This document shows, in pieces, positions 18,183-28,636 of a stretch of DNA of 64,000 bases. The notes under the pieces were generated by a model. The model saw only the letters and a list, made by a program, of their open reading frames with translations. It ran no database searches and had not been told where the DNA came from. The first letter of the stretch is position 1. Every line of letters begins with the position of its first letter. Position numbers and translations under genes: made by a program. This DNA comes from Elusimicrobiota bacterium (lineage in GTDB: Bacteria > Elusimicrobiota > Elusimicrobia > UBA1565), in the NCBI GenBank assembly GCA_043827405.1, contig JBDRPD010000013.1:1-64000 (forward strand), read 5' to 3'.

Positions 18183-19283
18183 ATGGAAATGCCTGTCGAC
18201 GCCGCAAGCCTGGCCTCCATTATGCGGCGGGGGGTCACGACGGTCACCCCGGAAACGAGCGTCCGGCAGGTCGCCGTGCTTATGTCCGGCGAGAATATCG
18301 GCTCGGTCCCGGTTATTGAGGCGGGAAGGCCGGTCGGGATCATTACCGAGCGGGATTTCCTCCGGGAGGTGGGACGCTGCGGCGACTTTTTGTGCGATAA
18401 GCTCGCGCGCGACATCATGACCACGCCGGTGCTCACGCATCCCGAGAGCACCTCTTTGCGGGAGGCGCTGGAATTCCTGCGGGAGCGGCGCATCCGCCGG
18501 GCGGTGGTTGTCGATGCGGACGGACGGCTAACGGGTCTCGCGACGCAGACGGATATTCTGCGGGCGCTATCCGCCGTCCTGGTCGCCGGCATGCGGGACG
18601 AGGAACTCGTCGGAATCGCGGCCCACGACCTCAAGTCTCCTCTTACGCCCATACTCGCAGCCGCGAAACTGCTGCGCGACGAGGAGTTCGGCACGGTTAC
18701 GGCCGAGCAGCGGGAGACATTGGACATGATCGTCCGCTCCGGGGAGGCGATGCTCGCGATCGTCAAGGACCTGCTGGAGATAACGTCTCTGAACGCCGGC
18801 GGCATCCGGCTGAAGCCGCGAAATTTTTCCCTCCGGGAACTGCTGGAACGATCGCTGGGGCCGCACACCGCGCGCGCCAAGGAAAAGGGAATCTCGCTCA
18901 CATGTACCCGCCCCGAAGCGGAGGCCTCCGCCCACGGAGATCCGGAAAGGCTCGCCGAAGTGCTCGACAATCTGGTCGGCAATGCGCTCAAGTTCACCCC
19001 GCCCGGAGGAGCGGTCGAAGTCGAGGCCCGCGTTGACGACGCCCTGATTCTGCGGGTCCGGGATACCGGCCCCGGCATCGCGATGGCGGAGCGGGACGCC
19101 ATCTTCAAGCGCTTCGCCAAAGGCGCCGCGCGGCCCACCCAGGGGGAGAGCTCGACCGGCCTGGGATTATCCATCGTGAAGCTTCTTGTCGAGCTGCACG
19201 GCGGCACGATCGGACTTGAAAGCACGCTCGGGGAGGGCAGCACGTTCACGGTGCGAATTCCTCCGCCGGGCGCCGGCCTCTAG
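18183..19283 (+). CDS. Cytoplasmic sensor histidine kinase with an N-terminal CBS pair
   Basis: Two CBS domains (VGIITERD; GLATQTD), H-box AHDLKSPL, N-box NLVGNALKF, DTGPGI, GLGLSI. Confidence 0.9.
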   Translation: MEMPVDAASLASIMRRGVTTVTPETSVRQVAVLMSGENIGSVPVIEAGRPVGIITERDFLREVGRCGDFLCDKLARDIMTTPVLTHPESTSLREALEFLRERRIRRAVVVDADGRLTGLATQTDILRALSAVLVAGMRDEELVGIAAHDLKSPLTPILAAAKLLRDEEFGTVTAEQRETLDMIVRSGEAMLAIVKDLLEITSLNAGGIRLKPRNFSLRELLERSLGPHTARAKEKGISLTCTRPEAEASAHGDPERLAEVLDNLVGNALKFTPPGGAVEVEARVDDALILRVRDTGPGIAMAERDAIFKRFAKGAARPTQGESSTGLGLSIVKLLVELHGGTIGLESTLGEGSTFTVRIPPPGAGL

Positions 19284-19289
19284 CCGCGC

Positions 19290-19305
19290 CCTTTACGGCC
19301 GCCGG
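19290..19305 (+). repeat. 16-bp direct repeat, right copy; contains the -35 (TTTACG) of the promoter for 19327
   Basis: Identical to 17407-17422; TATACT follows 17 nt after TTTACG. Confidence 0.75.
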
Positions 19306-19326
19306 CTCCCGGGCTATACTTAGGCG

Positions 19327-20094
19327 ATGCCACGCCTTTTCTGCGCGCTGCTGATCACGGCTCTCGCCGTGCCCGCCCGGGCGGACGATGTCCTGACATC
19401 CCCGGACGGACGCTTCGCGTGGAAGCCCGGCGGGAAACAGGTAGCGGTCTACAGCCCGCGAACCGGAAAAAAGAAGCGGAACCTGCGCCTGCCGCCCGCG
19501 TCCGGCGACCATGTCCGGCGCAAGGTGCTGTTCGCTCCGCGCGGAGAGCATTTCTGTTTGCTCGATGAAAAGCTCAGCGAGGTCGGCCTGCATTTAGCTG
19601 CCCGGCGCGGCGCGCGGGCGGCCCGGGCGCTGGTCGTTAGTTCGACTTTGCACCTAATCAACGCCGACGGCAGGACCCTCTGGAAGAAGAAGCTGCCGGA
19701 CATACATGCCCTCGACGATCCGCAGGGCGCGCGGGCGCCGCAGGTCGCCGCCGACGGCACCCTCGCCATCCTGCTCCAGGACGCGGACGCGGCGCATGCC
19801 AATCCCCGGCCGCAGCTGTTCGTCTTCGACGCCAAGGGAAAACAGCGGCTGCGGCTCGACTATCTGCATTGGCGGCGGGTCGACGTCTTCGCGCTTTCGC
19901 CGCGCGGCCTCTACCTCGCGGTTCGAGGCTACGGCCACATTAAGGATGAGGAGGACTGGGGCGAAGCCGTCGGCGTCTACGGCACGCGCGGGAAAAAACG
20001 GCAAGTCGTCGCCCTGAAAGACGCGGCGGCCGGCACCCTGCGGGTCGACGACGACGGCGAGCTCTCATTCGAGGAGCGCGCCGCCGCGCCATGA
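19327..20094 (+). CDS. Hypothetical exported protein (beta-propeller-like)
   Basis: Signal peptide ending ARA; SPDG/SPRG repeats. Confidence 0.6.
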   Translation: MPRLFCALLITALAVPARADDVLTSPDGRFAWKPGGKQVAVYSPRTGKKKRNLRLPPASGDHVRRKVLFAPRGEHFCLLDEKLSEVGLHLAARRGARAARALVVSSTLHLINADGRTLWKKKLPDIHALDDPQGARAPQVAADGTLAILLQDADAAHANPRPQLFVFDAKGKQRLRLDYLHWRRVDVFALSPRGLYLAVRGYGHIKDEEDWGEAVGVYGTRGKKRQVVALKDAAAGTLRVDDDGELSFEERAAAP

Positions 20095-20966
20095 CGCGCC
20101 TGCTCGCATGCAGCCTGCTCTGCCTGCCGCTCATATGCGCCGCCGCCGATAATCCCCTCGACCGCGAGCTCGAGCGTCTCGCCGCCAAGAAGATGCGCCT
20201 CGTACGCAAGGTAACCGCACCCATAGAGGGGGGGGAGCTCGCCGTCCTGCTGCTCGAGAAAAAGGGCGCCCGTCCGCGCACCGCCCTGCGCGTCTACCGC
20301 CTCGGCGCCGGGCAGGCCAAGCTCCTGCACCTGGAGCCCGGATTCGGCAAGACGGTTCGCCTCGCCGACATCCATGCCGCAGAAGAGCTGCCGGATCTTA
20401 ACGGCGACGGCTCGCGCATCGCCGCCTATCTCACCGAACGTAAAAATATCAACCAGACGACGCTGCTGGTTCTGCGCTACGCGAACGGCCGGCTCGAGCG
20501 CCTGGCGGACTTTTCCGGCGGCGAGTTCCGCGACCTTAACGAGGACGGCCGTCCGGAAATACTGGAGCGCACTTTGCCGCTGGGCAAGTTCTTCAATATA
20601 AACTGCGAGGAGGTGTTTCACAGCCTCGCCCAGAACGCCTACCGCACGCGGGTCTATGCCTGGCAGGACGGCGCGTACCAGCCCGCCTCACGGAAGTTCC
20701 CGGCATTCCTCCAGCGCCGGATAAAGGAGACCCGGGAGCGCCTGGACGGCGTCGACATCCGCGCTACCGACAGCTACGGCGACTATCTGGGCGATGCGCT
20801 CTCGCTGTTCTTCCTTTATGAGGAGAAAGGAGATAAGCGCGCCGGCTGGAAGGAGTTCAGCCGGCGATTCAAGGTCCGCAAGACCGACCTGCCGCCGGTG
20901 AAGCGCTGCTACGGCAAGCTGCGCTCCGAACTCAAGGAAAAGCTGTCTATTCCTGAAGATTGGTAG
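20091..20966 (+). CDS. Hypothetical exported protein with DxNxDG calcium-binding-like repeats
   Basis: Signal peptide; DLNGDG and DLNEDGRPEI motifs. Confidence 0.6.
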   Translation: MTRLLACSLLCLPLICAAADNPLDRELERLAAKKMRLVRKVTAPIEGGELAVLLLEKKGARPRTALRVYRLGAGQAKLLHLEPGFGKTVRLADIHAAEELPDLNGDGSRIAAYLTERKNINQTTLLVLRYANGRLERLADFSGGEFRDLNEDGRPEILERTLPLGKFFNINCEEVFHSLAQNAYRTRVYAWQDGAYQPASRKFPAFLQRRIKETRERLDGVDIRATDSYGDYLGDALSLFFLYEEKGDKRAGWKEFSRRFKVRKTDLPPVKRCYGKLRSELKEKLSIPEDW

Positions 20967-20973
20967 GGGGCCG

Positions 20974-21624
20974 CTAGAGCAGCTGCAGCAGTTCCGGCGG
21001 CCGCCGAATGAGCTTCTGCGCGCCGTTGTCCCGCAGCTCGGCTTCCTCACGAAAGCCCCATAAGGCGCCCACGGCGTACATGCCGGCGGCGGTCGCGGTC
21101 TTCATATCCGTGCCGGTATCGCCCAGGTAAAGGAACTTCTCGGGCGGCAAGCCCAGCTCCTTCGCCAGCGCCAGCGCGCCGGCCGGATCGGGCTTGAGCG
21201 GAACATCCGGCAGCGCTCCGCGCACGAGCGCGAACTTCCAATCAGCGAGAAGCTTATCGACCGTCTTCTGCGTATACTCCTGAGGCTTATTGGACAGGAC
21301 CGCCATCGGAACGCCGCGCGCGGCGAGGCCGCCGAGCAGTTCAGCGACGCCGGGATACGGCCGGGTCTTGTCATACATGCGCTTGGCGTACTCCGCGCGC
21401 ACCTCATTGACCCGCAGATCGATCAGGCCGCCGCCCCATTCCCGCTCAGGGAAAGCCTGCTCCACCAGGCGCGCGACGCCCTCGCCGACGAAGACCTTAT
21501 AGGCCGCCGTCGGATGCTCCTCTAAGCTGCGCGCCCGCAGCGCGGCATTTACCGAATCCGCCAAGTCATCGAGCGTATCGAGAAGCGTACCGTCAAGATC
21601 GAATACGACCGCAGAGTATCCCAT
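20974..21624 (-). CDS. HAD hydrolase, phosphoglycolate phosphatase-like
   Basis: VFDLDGTLLDT, LSNK, KPDP, YLGDT..DM..A..AG. Confidence 0.88.
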   Translation of the reverse strand: MGYSAVVFDLDGTLLDTLDDLADSVNAALRARSLEEHPTAAYKVFVGEGVARLVEQAFPEREWGGGLIDLRVNEVRAEYAKRMYDKTRPYPGVAELLGGLAARGVPMAVLSNKPQEYTQKTVDKLLADWKFALVRGALPDVPLKPDPAGALALAKELGLPPEKFLYLGDTGTDMKTATAAGMYAVGALWGFREEAELRDNGAQKLIRRPPELLQLL

Positions 21625-21631
21625 AGCCGGA

Positions 21632-22246
21632 TTATACCGCAAGTTCCTCCGCCGCGGCGGCGATCTCGGCCCAGCCGCGGCAGCGGCGCGCCGCCCGGCC
21701 GGCCGGAACGGCCACCTGGCGGTTCCACGGCCGATCGACGATGACGACCGGCAGCGTCATGCGGGCGAGCAGGAACTCCAGCATCGGCGGCGCATCATCC
21801 ACCGCCAAAGCGAACTCCATGTCCGCGAGCGCCTCCAGCGAGACCGCGTCCGAGTCGGGAGTCGCCCGGCGGTACTTGTCGACGAAAATCATCTCGGCGT
21901 ACGGCATGCCGCGCTCGCGCAGCCACTGGGCGGAAGCCTCACGGGTGGAGGTAGGGCGGCCGGTGACGATGCAGACCTCGAGCCCCCGCGCGGTCCATGC
22001 GGCCAGCGCCTCCCGGGCGCCCGCTATCGGGGGAATGCCGAGAATTCGCTCCGGGCGGTGCGCCGCGGCGAAAAAACGCTTAAGCTCCGCGTTATCCAGG
22101 CCGAAGGAAATCCCGAGATCGAAGTCATGGAGGTCTTCATAGACCACGGACTTCCCGAACTCCTCCTGCAGCAGCCTGATAAGATCTATCGCCGTCGCGC
22201 AGAGAACGTCGTCGAAATCGACGAAGACACGGCGGCGCTTCGCCAC
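21632..22246 (-). CDS. 5'(3')-nucleotidase NT5C-like HAD protein
   Basis: VDFDDVL, IVTGRP, VDDAP, DRPWN. Confidence 0.75.
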   Translation of the reverse strand: MAKRRRVFVDFDDVLCATAIDLIRLLQEEFGKSVVYEDLHDFDLGISFGLDNAELKRFFAAAHRPERILGIPPIAGAREALAAWTARGLEVCIVTGRPTSTREASAQWLRERGMPYAEMIFVDKYRRATPDSDAVSLEALADMEFALAVDDAPPMLEFLLARMTLPVVIVDRPWNRQVAVPAGRAARRCRGWAEIAAAAEELAV

Positions 22247-23422
22247 TTACAGCGCCGCCTTGAGGATGCCGCGGAGCTCGTCTTTATCGAGCGGGGCGGG
22301 GCTGAACTTGACTCCCGTGCCGGCGAGAATCTTGTCCACGTCGTCGACCTGCGCCCCGCGGAGCCGCAAAGAGGGAAGCTTAAGGATAATGCTCCACTCC
22401 CGCAGCGTTGCGAGCAGCAGGTCGCAGCCCTCCGCAACGGACGCTGCATGCTTTCCGCCGATGATCGCGCCGATCCGTGAATACTTCCGGAGCGCTTCCT
22501 CCCCGTCCGGACCCATGCGGCGCAGCCGTTCTATGCTCGCCCGCGCCGCCGGCTCGGCCAGAATGCCGCAGATCAAACCATGGGGGATATTGTAGAGGCT
22601 GCCGAGCGGCCCGGCGAAGCCGTGGACGACGCCGAGACCCGCATTGGCCAAGGTCAGACCGGAGAGAAATGCCGCATAGGCCATCGCCGAGCGCGCATCC
22701 ATATTCTCCGCGCCCTCCCGATACGCCGGAATCAGGCCGCGCGCGACATGCCGGATGCCGTCGAGCGCCAGGGCATCGGTCAAGGCGTTCGCTTGGGTGG
22801 AGACATAGGATTCCATCAGCTGGACGAAGGCGTCGAGCCCGCAGGCCGCCGTAACCTCGGGAGAACAGGAATGCGCGAGTTCCGGATCGATCAGCGCGGC
22901 GCGCGGCACAAAGTTGTCATGGCGCAGGGACTTCTTGAACCCGCCGGGGCCGGACCGGCAGATCACGGCGTTCTTGGTCGCCTCGCTGCCCGTCCCGCCG
23001 GTGGTGGGAACGGCGATGCAGGGAAGCGTTCGGCCGCTGGGCGTCCGGACGCCGACGCCTTCGACGAAATCCGCGATCGAGCCGTCCTCTTTAATCATCG
23101 CGGCGATCGCCTTGGCGGCGTCCATGGCGCTGCCGCCGCCGATTCCGACCACCACGTCGACCTTGCCGCGAAAAGCCCTAACCGCCTCGTCGATCAAAGC
23201 CACGGTGGGCTCACCGCTCACCGCCAGCCGGGCGCAGGAGACGCCCCGCTCCCGGAACACCGCCGCCAGCGCGTCGCGGCGGCCGGAGAGATCCAGGGAT
23301 TGGGCCCCCGTCACGATAAGGACTTCCTTGCCGTAAGCGCCGACCAGGTCCGGCAAGGCGGCGAGCTTGCCCAGGCCGAAAATCAGCCGCGGCATCCCGG
23401 CGAAGTAAAAGGAAGGGATCAC
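22247..23422 (-). CDS. Iron-containing alcohol dehydrogenase
   Basis: [31 protein letters not shown] motifs. Confidence 0.92.
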   Translation of the reverse strand: MIPSFYFAGMPRLIFGLGKLAALPDLVGAYGKEVLIVTGAQSLDLSGRRDALAAVFRERGVSCARLAVSGEPTVALIDEAVRAFRGKVDVVVGIGGGSAMDAAKAIAAMIKEDGSIADFVEGVGVRTPSGRTLPCIAVPTTGGTGSEATKNAVICRSGPGGFKKSLRHDNFVPRAALIDPELAHSCSPEVTAACGLDAFVQLMESYVSTQANALTDALALDGIRHVARGLIPAYREGAENMDARSAMAYAAFLSGLTLANAGLGVVHGFAGPLGSLYNIPHGLICGILAEPAARASIERLRRMGPDGEEALRKYSRIGAIIGGKHAASVAEGCDLLLATLREWSIILKLPSLRLRGAQVDDVDKILAGTGVKFSPAPLDKDELRGILKAAL

Positions 23423-23529
23423 CCGCCGATTTTATGATTTATCCGCCCCCCTCGCCGCGCCTTCCTGATGGTTTAGTTATTGTGGCCGGAATGATGCTAG
23501 TATTAGAGGATGCCGGGGTCGGGGGAGCC

Positions 23530-24573
23530 ATGATCTACCGGGTCATCACCAAGCGCGAATTCAGAAAGTTCGTCGAAGGCCTGATGCGGGACAACCAGGC
23601 CATCGGTCCCAAGCGGGTCGCGAGCGACCGGCGCGGCAAGCCGATCTACCAGTTCAGCGAGGTCCGCTCCTACGACGAAATGGACCTCGACTACGACCTG
23701 ACCTACTCCTCGATCAAGAACTTCTTCCTGCCCTTCAAGGAGGAATTGTCGCGCTACGAGTTCACCGATAAGGATTGGGAGCAGAAGATCGAGTACCGCG
23801 TCAACCCGCGGGTCATCATCGGCCTGCGCCCACATGACATCAACGGGCTGGCGGTCCTCGACAAGGTCTTCATGTTCGGGACCTATCCCTCCCCTTATTA
23901 CATCGCACGGCGCAAAAACACCTTTATCATCGGCATGGACCACCTCCCGCCGCCCGACTGCTTCAGCGACTCCATGAACCAGCACTTCGTGCGGCGCGGC
24001 TTCAACCTCTTCTGCTCGGACATCGGCGACAAATACTACCTGGCGATAGACTCCTCCAAGGCCTACAAGTTCCTTAAGAACGTCAAGACCGCCGAGCCGG
24101 GCAAGCGCGACAACCGCAAGTACATTGAGCGCCGCAAGCTGATTAAAAAGAGCTTCACCGGCCGCGTCGAAGTCTCGGGCCTGCCGAGCTACCTGGACAT
24201 CGAGTTCCAGTCGCCGATCTGGAAAAAATGGGGGGACAAGTGCCTCAACTGCGGCACCTGCGCCATGGTCTGCCCCACCTGCTATTGCCACGGCATCGAG
24301 GAGAAGCTGTGCACCAGCCTGCGCTGCGCCAGCAAGGAACGCATGCTTTACTCCTGCAACATTATCGACTTCGCCGAGGTGGCGGGCGGCCACAACTTCC
24401 GGCCGGCGCGGGAAGACCGCCTCAAGTACCGCTTCTACCATCAGTACCGGGGCTTCGCCGAGAACGGCGACCAGCAGATATGCGTCGGCTGCAATCGCTG
24501 CGGCCGCGCCTGCCTGGCGGGCATCAACCCGAAGGACGTAATCAACGACCTGCGGCGGGAGAGCGGAGAATGA
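23530..24573 (+). CDS. Group 3b NiFe (sulf)hydrogenase beta subunit (4Fe-4S dicluster; AsrA-like)
   Basis: [16 protein letters not shown] and [11 protein letters not shown] motifs; GGHNFR. Confidence 0.88.
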   Translation: MIYRVITKREFRKFVEGLMRDNQAIGPKRVASDRRGKPIYQFSEVRSYDEMDLDYDLTYSSIKNFFLPFKEELSRYEFTDKDWEQKIEYRVNPRVIIGLRPHDINGLAVLDKVFMFGTYPSPYYIARRKNTFIIGMDHLPPPDCFSDSMNQHFVRRGFNLFCSDIGDKYYLAIDSSKAYKFLKNVKTAEPGKRDNRKYIERRKLIKKSFTGRVEVSGLPSYLDIEFQSPIWKKWGDKCLNCGTCAMVCPTCYCHGIEEKLCTSLRCASKERMLYSCNIIDFAEVAGGHNFRPAREDRLKYRFYHQYRGFAENGDQQICVGCNRCGRACLAGINPKDVINDLRRESGE

Positions 24574-25484
24574 GCGCCCGGTTTAAAATTCCCAAGCAGG
24601 ACATCAACCGCGATCCGTTCATGTCCAAGCCGCCGCAGTACAACCGCAAGACCATCGTCATGCGCACCGACAAGGTCTACAAGTGCGAGCTCGTCAACAT
24701 CGTCACGCTGACGCCGCTGGAGAAGCTTTTCCATTTAAAGATCGTGGACCCCAAGGAACGCAAGCTTTTCACTTTCCGGCCCGGCCAGTTTGTCATGCTC
24801 GATGTCCCGGGCTTCGGCGAAATGCCGATCTCCATCTCGAGCTCCGCCAGCAACCACGAATACCTCGAGCTTTGCATTCGCAAAACCGGTCGCACGACCA
24901 ATATCCTGCACCGGGCCGCGATCGGCTCCATGGTCGGCATCCGCGGCCCCTTCGGCACCTCGTTCCCCATGGAAGAGATGATGGACAGCGACATCCTGCT
25001 GATCGCCGGCGGCCTGGGACTGGCGCCGCTGCGGGCGCCGATCTTTTGGGTCAACGAGCACCGCGACAAGTACCGCCGCGTCCATATCCTTTACGGCACC
25101 AAGGACCCCTCGCAGCTGCTTTTCACCTACCAGTTCGAGCAGTGGAACAAGGTCAGCCACCTCGACCTGATGACCATCGTGGAAAAGGGGGACAAGTCCT
25201 GGAAAGGACGCACCGGCCTGATCACCGACCTGTTCAAGGAGATCGAGATCAAGCCGCTCAACACCCACGCCATCATCTGCGGGCCGCCGGTTATGTTCAA
25301 ATTTGTGTGCCGGCATCTGGACAAGCTGGGCGTGCCCATGAACCGCATGTTCGTCTCGCTGGAGCGGCGCATGCACTGCGGCATGGGCAAGTGCTGCCGC
25401 TGCATGGTGGGATCGACCTTCACCTGCGTGGAAGGGCCGGTCTTCGACTACTGGAGCGTCATGAACCTCAAGGAGGCAATTTGA
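24570..25484 (+). CDS. Group 3b hydrogenase gamma subunit (FAD/NAD(P)-binding, 2Fe-2S)
   Basis: [48 protein letters not shown]. Confidence 0.9.
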   Translation: MSARFKIPKQDINRDPFMSKPPQYNRKTIVMRTDKVYKCELVNIVTLTPLEKLFHLKIVDPKERKLFTFRPGQFVMLDVPGFGEMPISISSSASNHEYLELCIRKTGRTTNILHRAAIGSMVGIRGPFGTSFPMEEMMDSDILLIAGGLGLAPLRAPIFWVNEHRDKYRRVHILYGTKDPSQLLFTYQFEQWNKVSHLDLMTIVEKGDKSWKGRTGLITDLFKEIEIKPLNTHAIICGPPVMFKFVCRHLDKLGVPMNRMFVSLERRMHCGMGKCCRCMVGSTFTCVEGPVFDYWSVMNLKEAI

Positions 25485-26233
25485 AATACCTCGGGATAAC
25501 GCCCAGCAAGCCCCGGCTCGCGGTGTTCGACTTCACCTGCTGCGAGGGCTGCGAGCTCCAGCTGACCAACAACGAGGACTCTTTGGTCGACTTCCTCTCG
25601 CTCGTCGACGTGGTCAACTTCCGCGAGGCCTCCTCGGACCGGAGCGACGACTACGACATCGCGCTCGTCGAGGGGGCGATATCGCGCCCGGACGAGATCG
25701 CCCGCCTGAAGAAGATCCGCAAGAACGCCAAAATCCTCGTAGCCTTCGGCACCTGCGCCGTCTACGGCGGAGTCAACAAGCTGCGCAACAAGTATCCCGT
25801 TGCGCGGGTCGTCAAGGAAGTCTACGGGCGGCACCGGGTGGAAACCATGAAGGTCCGCCGGATCAGCGAGGTGGTCAAGGTCGATCTCGAGATCCTCGGC
25901 TGCCCCGTATCCAAGAAAGAGGTGGAGCGGATCGTCGTCGACCTGGTGACCGGCGCCGGCGTACGGCTTCCCAAGTATCCGGTCTGCGTCGAGTGCAAGC
26001 AGAACATGAACGTCTGCGTCATGGACCAGGGCCGGCTCTGCCTCGGCCCGATCTCCCGCGCCGGCTGCGGCGCCCCCTGCCCGGACGGCGATGCCTGCCT
26101 CGGCTGCCGCGGCCCCGCGCCCGACGCCAACTTCGCGGCCTATGCCGACATCCTCAAGAAACACGGCTTCCCGCGGGACGAGATCAAGGAAAAGCTCGCG
26201 TTCTTCGGCGCCTTTGATGGGGTGAAGCTGTGA
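25481..26233 (+). CDS. Group 3b hydrogenase delta (small) subunit
   Basis: CCEGC, GTCA..GG, GCP, VCVECK, CLGP..RAGC...CP, CLGCRG; RBS AGGAGG and TTG start. Confidence 0.9.
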   Translation: MKYLGITPSKPRLAVFDFTCCEGCELQLTNNEDSLVDFLSLVDVVNFREASSDRSDDYDIALVEGAISRPDEIARLKKIRKNAKILVAFGTCAVYGGVNKLRNKYPVARVVKEVYGRHRVETMKVRRISEVVKVDLEILGCPVSKKEVERIVVDLVTGAGVRLPKYPVCVECKQNMNVCVMDQGRLCLGPISRAGCGAPCPDGDACLGCRGPAPDANFAAYADILKKHGFPRDEIKEKLAFFGAFDGVKL

Positions 26234-27504
26234 AAAAGAGCACGACCATCACCGTCCACCACCTCACCCGCGTCGAAGGTCACGGCGATATCCGCATCCG
26301 GATCAAGAACGGCCGGCTCGAGGAGGCGGCCTGGGAGGTGGTCGAAACCCCGCGCTTCTTCGAGGTTATGCTCAAGGGGATGTCCCACGACATGGCGCAC
26401 CATCTGACGGCGCGCATCTGCGGCATCTGCTCGATCGGCCACGCGCTGACCAGCCTGCGGGCGGTAGAGCGGGCCATGGCGGTCAGGATTCCCGAAACCG
26501 CGCGGCGCCTGCGCCTGCTGGCCAAGCACGGCGAGACCCTGCAAAGCCATGCCCTGCATGTCTTTTTCCTGACCGCGCCCGACTTCTTCGAGGTGGGAAG
26601 CGTTATTCCGCTGATCAAGTCCCACCCCGAAGTCGTCGGCATCGCAGTGCGGCTCAAAAAGCTCGGCAACGACCTGTGCGACCTGGTCGCGGGCCGCACC
26701 ACCCATCCCCTGCGCCTCGCGGTCGGCGGCATGAGCAAGTTCCCCGACAAGAAACGCCTGGAGGCGCTCCGCCGGACCCTTGAAGAGCGGCTCGGCGACA
26801 TGCGGGCGGCGGTCGACCTGTTCAAGACCCTTCCCATGCCCGACTTCATCCGGGAAACGGAATTCGTCTCTTTGGCGGGCCGCGAGGACTATCCCTGGAT
26901 CGGCGGCGACCTGGTCTCCACCGACGGCGTCCGCCGGAAGGAAGACGACTACCTGGCGATGACCAATGAGTACAAAACAGACGTGGGAACCTCAAAGTTC
27001 GCCAAGCTCAGCCGCGAGTCCTTCGCCGTCGGCGCGCTCGCGCGCTTCAACAACAATCACAAGTTCCTGCGCGGACCGGCGCGGACGGCCGCCAAGGAGC
27101 TGGGGCTTGCACCGGTCTGCCACAACCCCTACTTCAACAACGCGGCCCAGCTCGTTGAGTGCTATCACGTGATGCTCGAGTCGATCGACATGATCGACCA
27201 GCTGCTTGACGACGACGGCGCCGACATCCGCGCCAAGTACCGGATCCGGGCAGGGCGCGGGGTCGCGGCGGTGGAGGTGCCGCGCGGCATCCTTTATCAC
27301 GAATACCGGTTCGACCAGAAGGGCAAGGTCAGCAAAGCCAACTGCATCATTCCCACGACGCAGAACCACGCCAATATCCACAACGACCTGAAAGCGCTGG
27401 TCCGGGGCTTGGTGGCGCGCAAGAAAAGCGACCAGGACATCACCCTAATGAGCGAGATGCTGGTGCGCGCCTACGACCCCTGCATCTCCTGCTCGGTGCA
27501 CTAG
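26230..27504 (+). CDS. Group 3b NiFe hydrogenase alpha (large) subunit
   Basis: TRVEGHG, L1 RICGICS, EVPRG, L2 YDPCISCSVH at the extreme C-terminus. Confidence 0.95.
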   Translation: MKKSTTITVHHLTRVEGHGDIRIRIKNGRLEEAAWEVVETPRFFEVMLKGMSHDMAHHLTARICGICSIGHALTSLRAVERAMAVRIPETARRLRLLAKHGETLQSHALHVFFLTAPDFFEVGSVIPLIKSHPEVVGIAVRLKKLGNDLCDLVAGRTTHPLRLAVGGMSKFPDKKRLEALRRTLEERLGDMRAAVDLFKTLPMPDFIRETEFVSLAGREDYPWIGGDLVSTDGVRRKEDDYLAMTNEYKTDVGTSKFAKLSRESFAVGALARFNNNHKFLRGPARTAAKELGLAPVCHNPYFNNAAQLVECYHVMLESIDMIDQLLDDDGADIRAKYRIRAGRGVAAVEVPRGILYHEYRFDQKGKVSKANCIIPTTQNHANIHNDLKALVRGLVARKKSDQDITLMSEMLVRAYDPCISCSVH

Positions 27505-27511
27505 GCCGTCT

Positions 27512-27670
27512 CTACCCCGCGGCGAACAGCAGGCCCAGCATCGCGCCGTAGATCGTGGCGACATAGGGGTTCGAAGTAAGCGGGCAGGCGCCGCTGGCGC
27601 AGCCGACGACGCGCTGGTACAGGAACCCGATGCTCCCACCGAGCAGCGCGGAAACAAGAAGCCTGCTCAC
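27512..27670 (-). CDS. Small membrane protein with GCxSGxCPxTSNP motif (DUF6132-like), 52 aa; not in the ORF track
   Basis: Hand translation VSRLLVSALLGGSIGFLYQRVVGCASGACPLTSNPYVATIYGAMLGLLFAAG; GTG overlaps the DUF302 stop; GGAGG upstream. Confidence 0.75.
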   Translation of the reverse strand: MSRLLVSALLGGSIGFLYQRVVGCASGACPLTSNPYVATIYGAMLGLLFAAG

Positions 27671-28047
27671 CGGGCCTCCTCCATGATCTTAAACAGCACC
27701 CGCTCGACTTCCGCGGCGACCGGGACCAACTCCGGCTTGCCGAAGAGCGCCAGGAGCGCCGTGGGCTTGAGGGTCGCGATCTTTGTTTTTCCGCCCTCCT
27801 CATACACCGAGATGCGGCAAGGCAGGGCGGTCGAAATTGCCATATCGGATTCCAGGACCTTCTTCGCCTGTCCCGGATTGCAGACCTCGAACACCCGGCA
27901 TTCTTTATCGAAGTCCAGCCCCTTTTCCCGCATCTTGCCCCGGAGATCATGCACCCCGAGAATGCCGAATTTATTATTGGCGACGATCTCCGGCAGGACG
28001 GCCGCGACTTCTTCTACCGACTTACTTGTCTCCACAGCATGCAGCAT
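27667..28047 (-). CDS. DUF302 domain protein
   Basis: FGILGVHDL, EVCNP..A, ALPCRISVYE, KPT. Confidence 0.88.
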   Translation of the reverse strand: MLHAVETSKSVEEVAAVLPEIVANNKFGILGVHDLRGKMREKGLDFDKECRVFEVCNPGQAKKVLESDMAISTALPCRISVYEEGGKTKIATLKPTALLALFGKPELVPVAAEVERVLFKIMEEAR

Positions 28048-28246
28048 GGCCCGCCTCCCCGCCGTCGAGTTTCAGCTTCCTCAGAATATCCTCCATCAGG
28101 CACCACCTGGTAACGGCGGACTGGATCAGGTTGACGCCGATAAAGGCCGTGAAGTACAGCCACTTAGGGTCCACCCAGCGCGCCAGCGCCAAGCTGAGCA
28201 GGATGAAGGTCCCGGCGATAATACGGATTCTGCGCTCCAGGCTCAT
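28022..28246 (-). CDS. DUF2892 / YgaP-like membrane protein
   Basis: ERRIRIIAG, FIGVNLIQSAVTRWCLM. Confidence 0.88.
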   Translation of the reverse strand: MSLERRIRIIAGTFILLSLALARWVDPKWLYFTAFIGVNLIQSAVTRWCLMEDILRKLKLDGGEAGHAACCGDK

Positions 28247-28605
28247 GACTTAACCCCCACGCCGAGTACTTCGCGAATAAGCTTCTCTATCTCCGCCTTG
28301 GGCAGAGCGCCGCGCGTCATCTGCGGCTTTCCGTCTTTGGGGATAAACAGCAGGCTTGGTATCGAGCTGATGCCGAACATGCCGGCCAGTTTCTGTTCCG
28401 CGTCGGTATCGATCTTGTAGATATCCACTTCGCCGTGGTGCTGATTGGCGACTTCTTCAAGGACGGGCGTGAGCGAACGGCAGGGCCCGCACCAGTCGGC
28501 GTAGAAATCCACAATACAGGGCCGCTCGCCGACAAACTTCCAGTCTTCGTTGGCCGCAAAGTCGAAGACCTTATGCTTAAAGCTTCTCTCGTTTAACTTT
28601 TCCAT
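28243..28605 (-). CDS. trxA: Thioredoxin
   Basis: DFYADWCGPC active site, SIPSLLF. Confidence 0.92.
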   Translation of the reverse strand: MEKLNERSFKHKVFDFAANEDWKFVGERPCIVDFYADWCGPCRSLTPVLEEVANQHHGEVDIYKIDTDAEQKLAGMFGISSIPSLLFIPKDGKPQMTRGALPKAEIEKLIREVLGVGVKS

Positions 28606-28636
28606 TTTCGCTCCTTTCTCTATCGGCTCCCAACCT

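Noticed and set aside
24228..25480. Long N-terminal extensions in the ORF track for hydrogenase gamma/delta (also RND, GT2, HAD, PAS protein, HPr)
   Set aside because: They overlap upstream genes in another frame; internal starts with RBS or stop/start overlap fit better
27540..27620. GGTTCGAA resembling a tRNA T-loop
   Set aside because: No cloverleaf; lies within the small minus-strand membrane protein CDS
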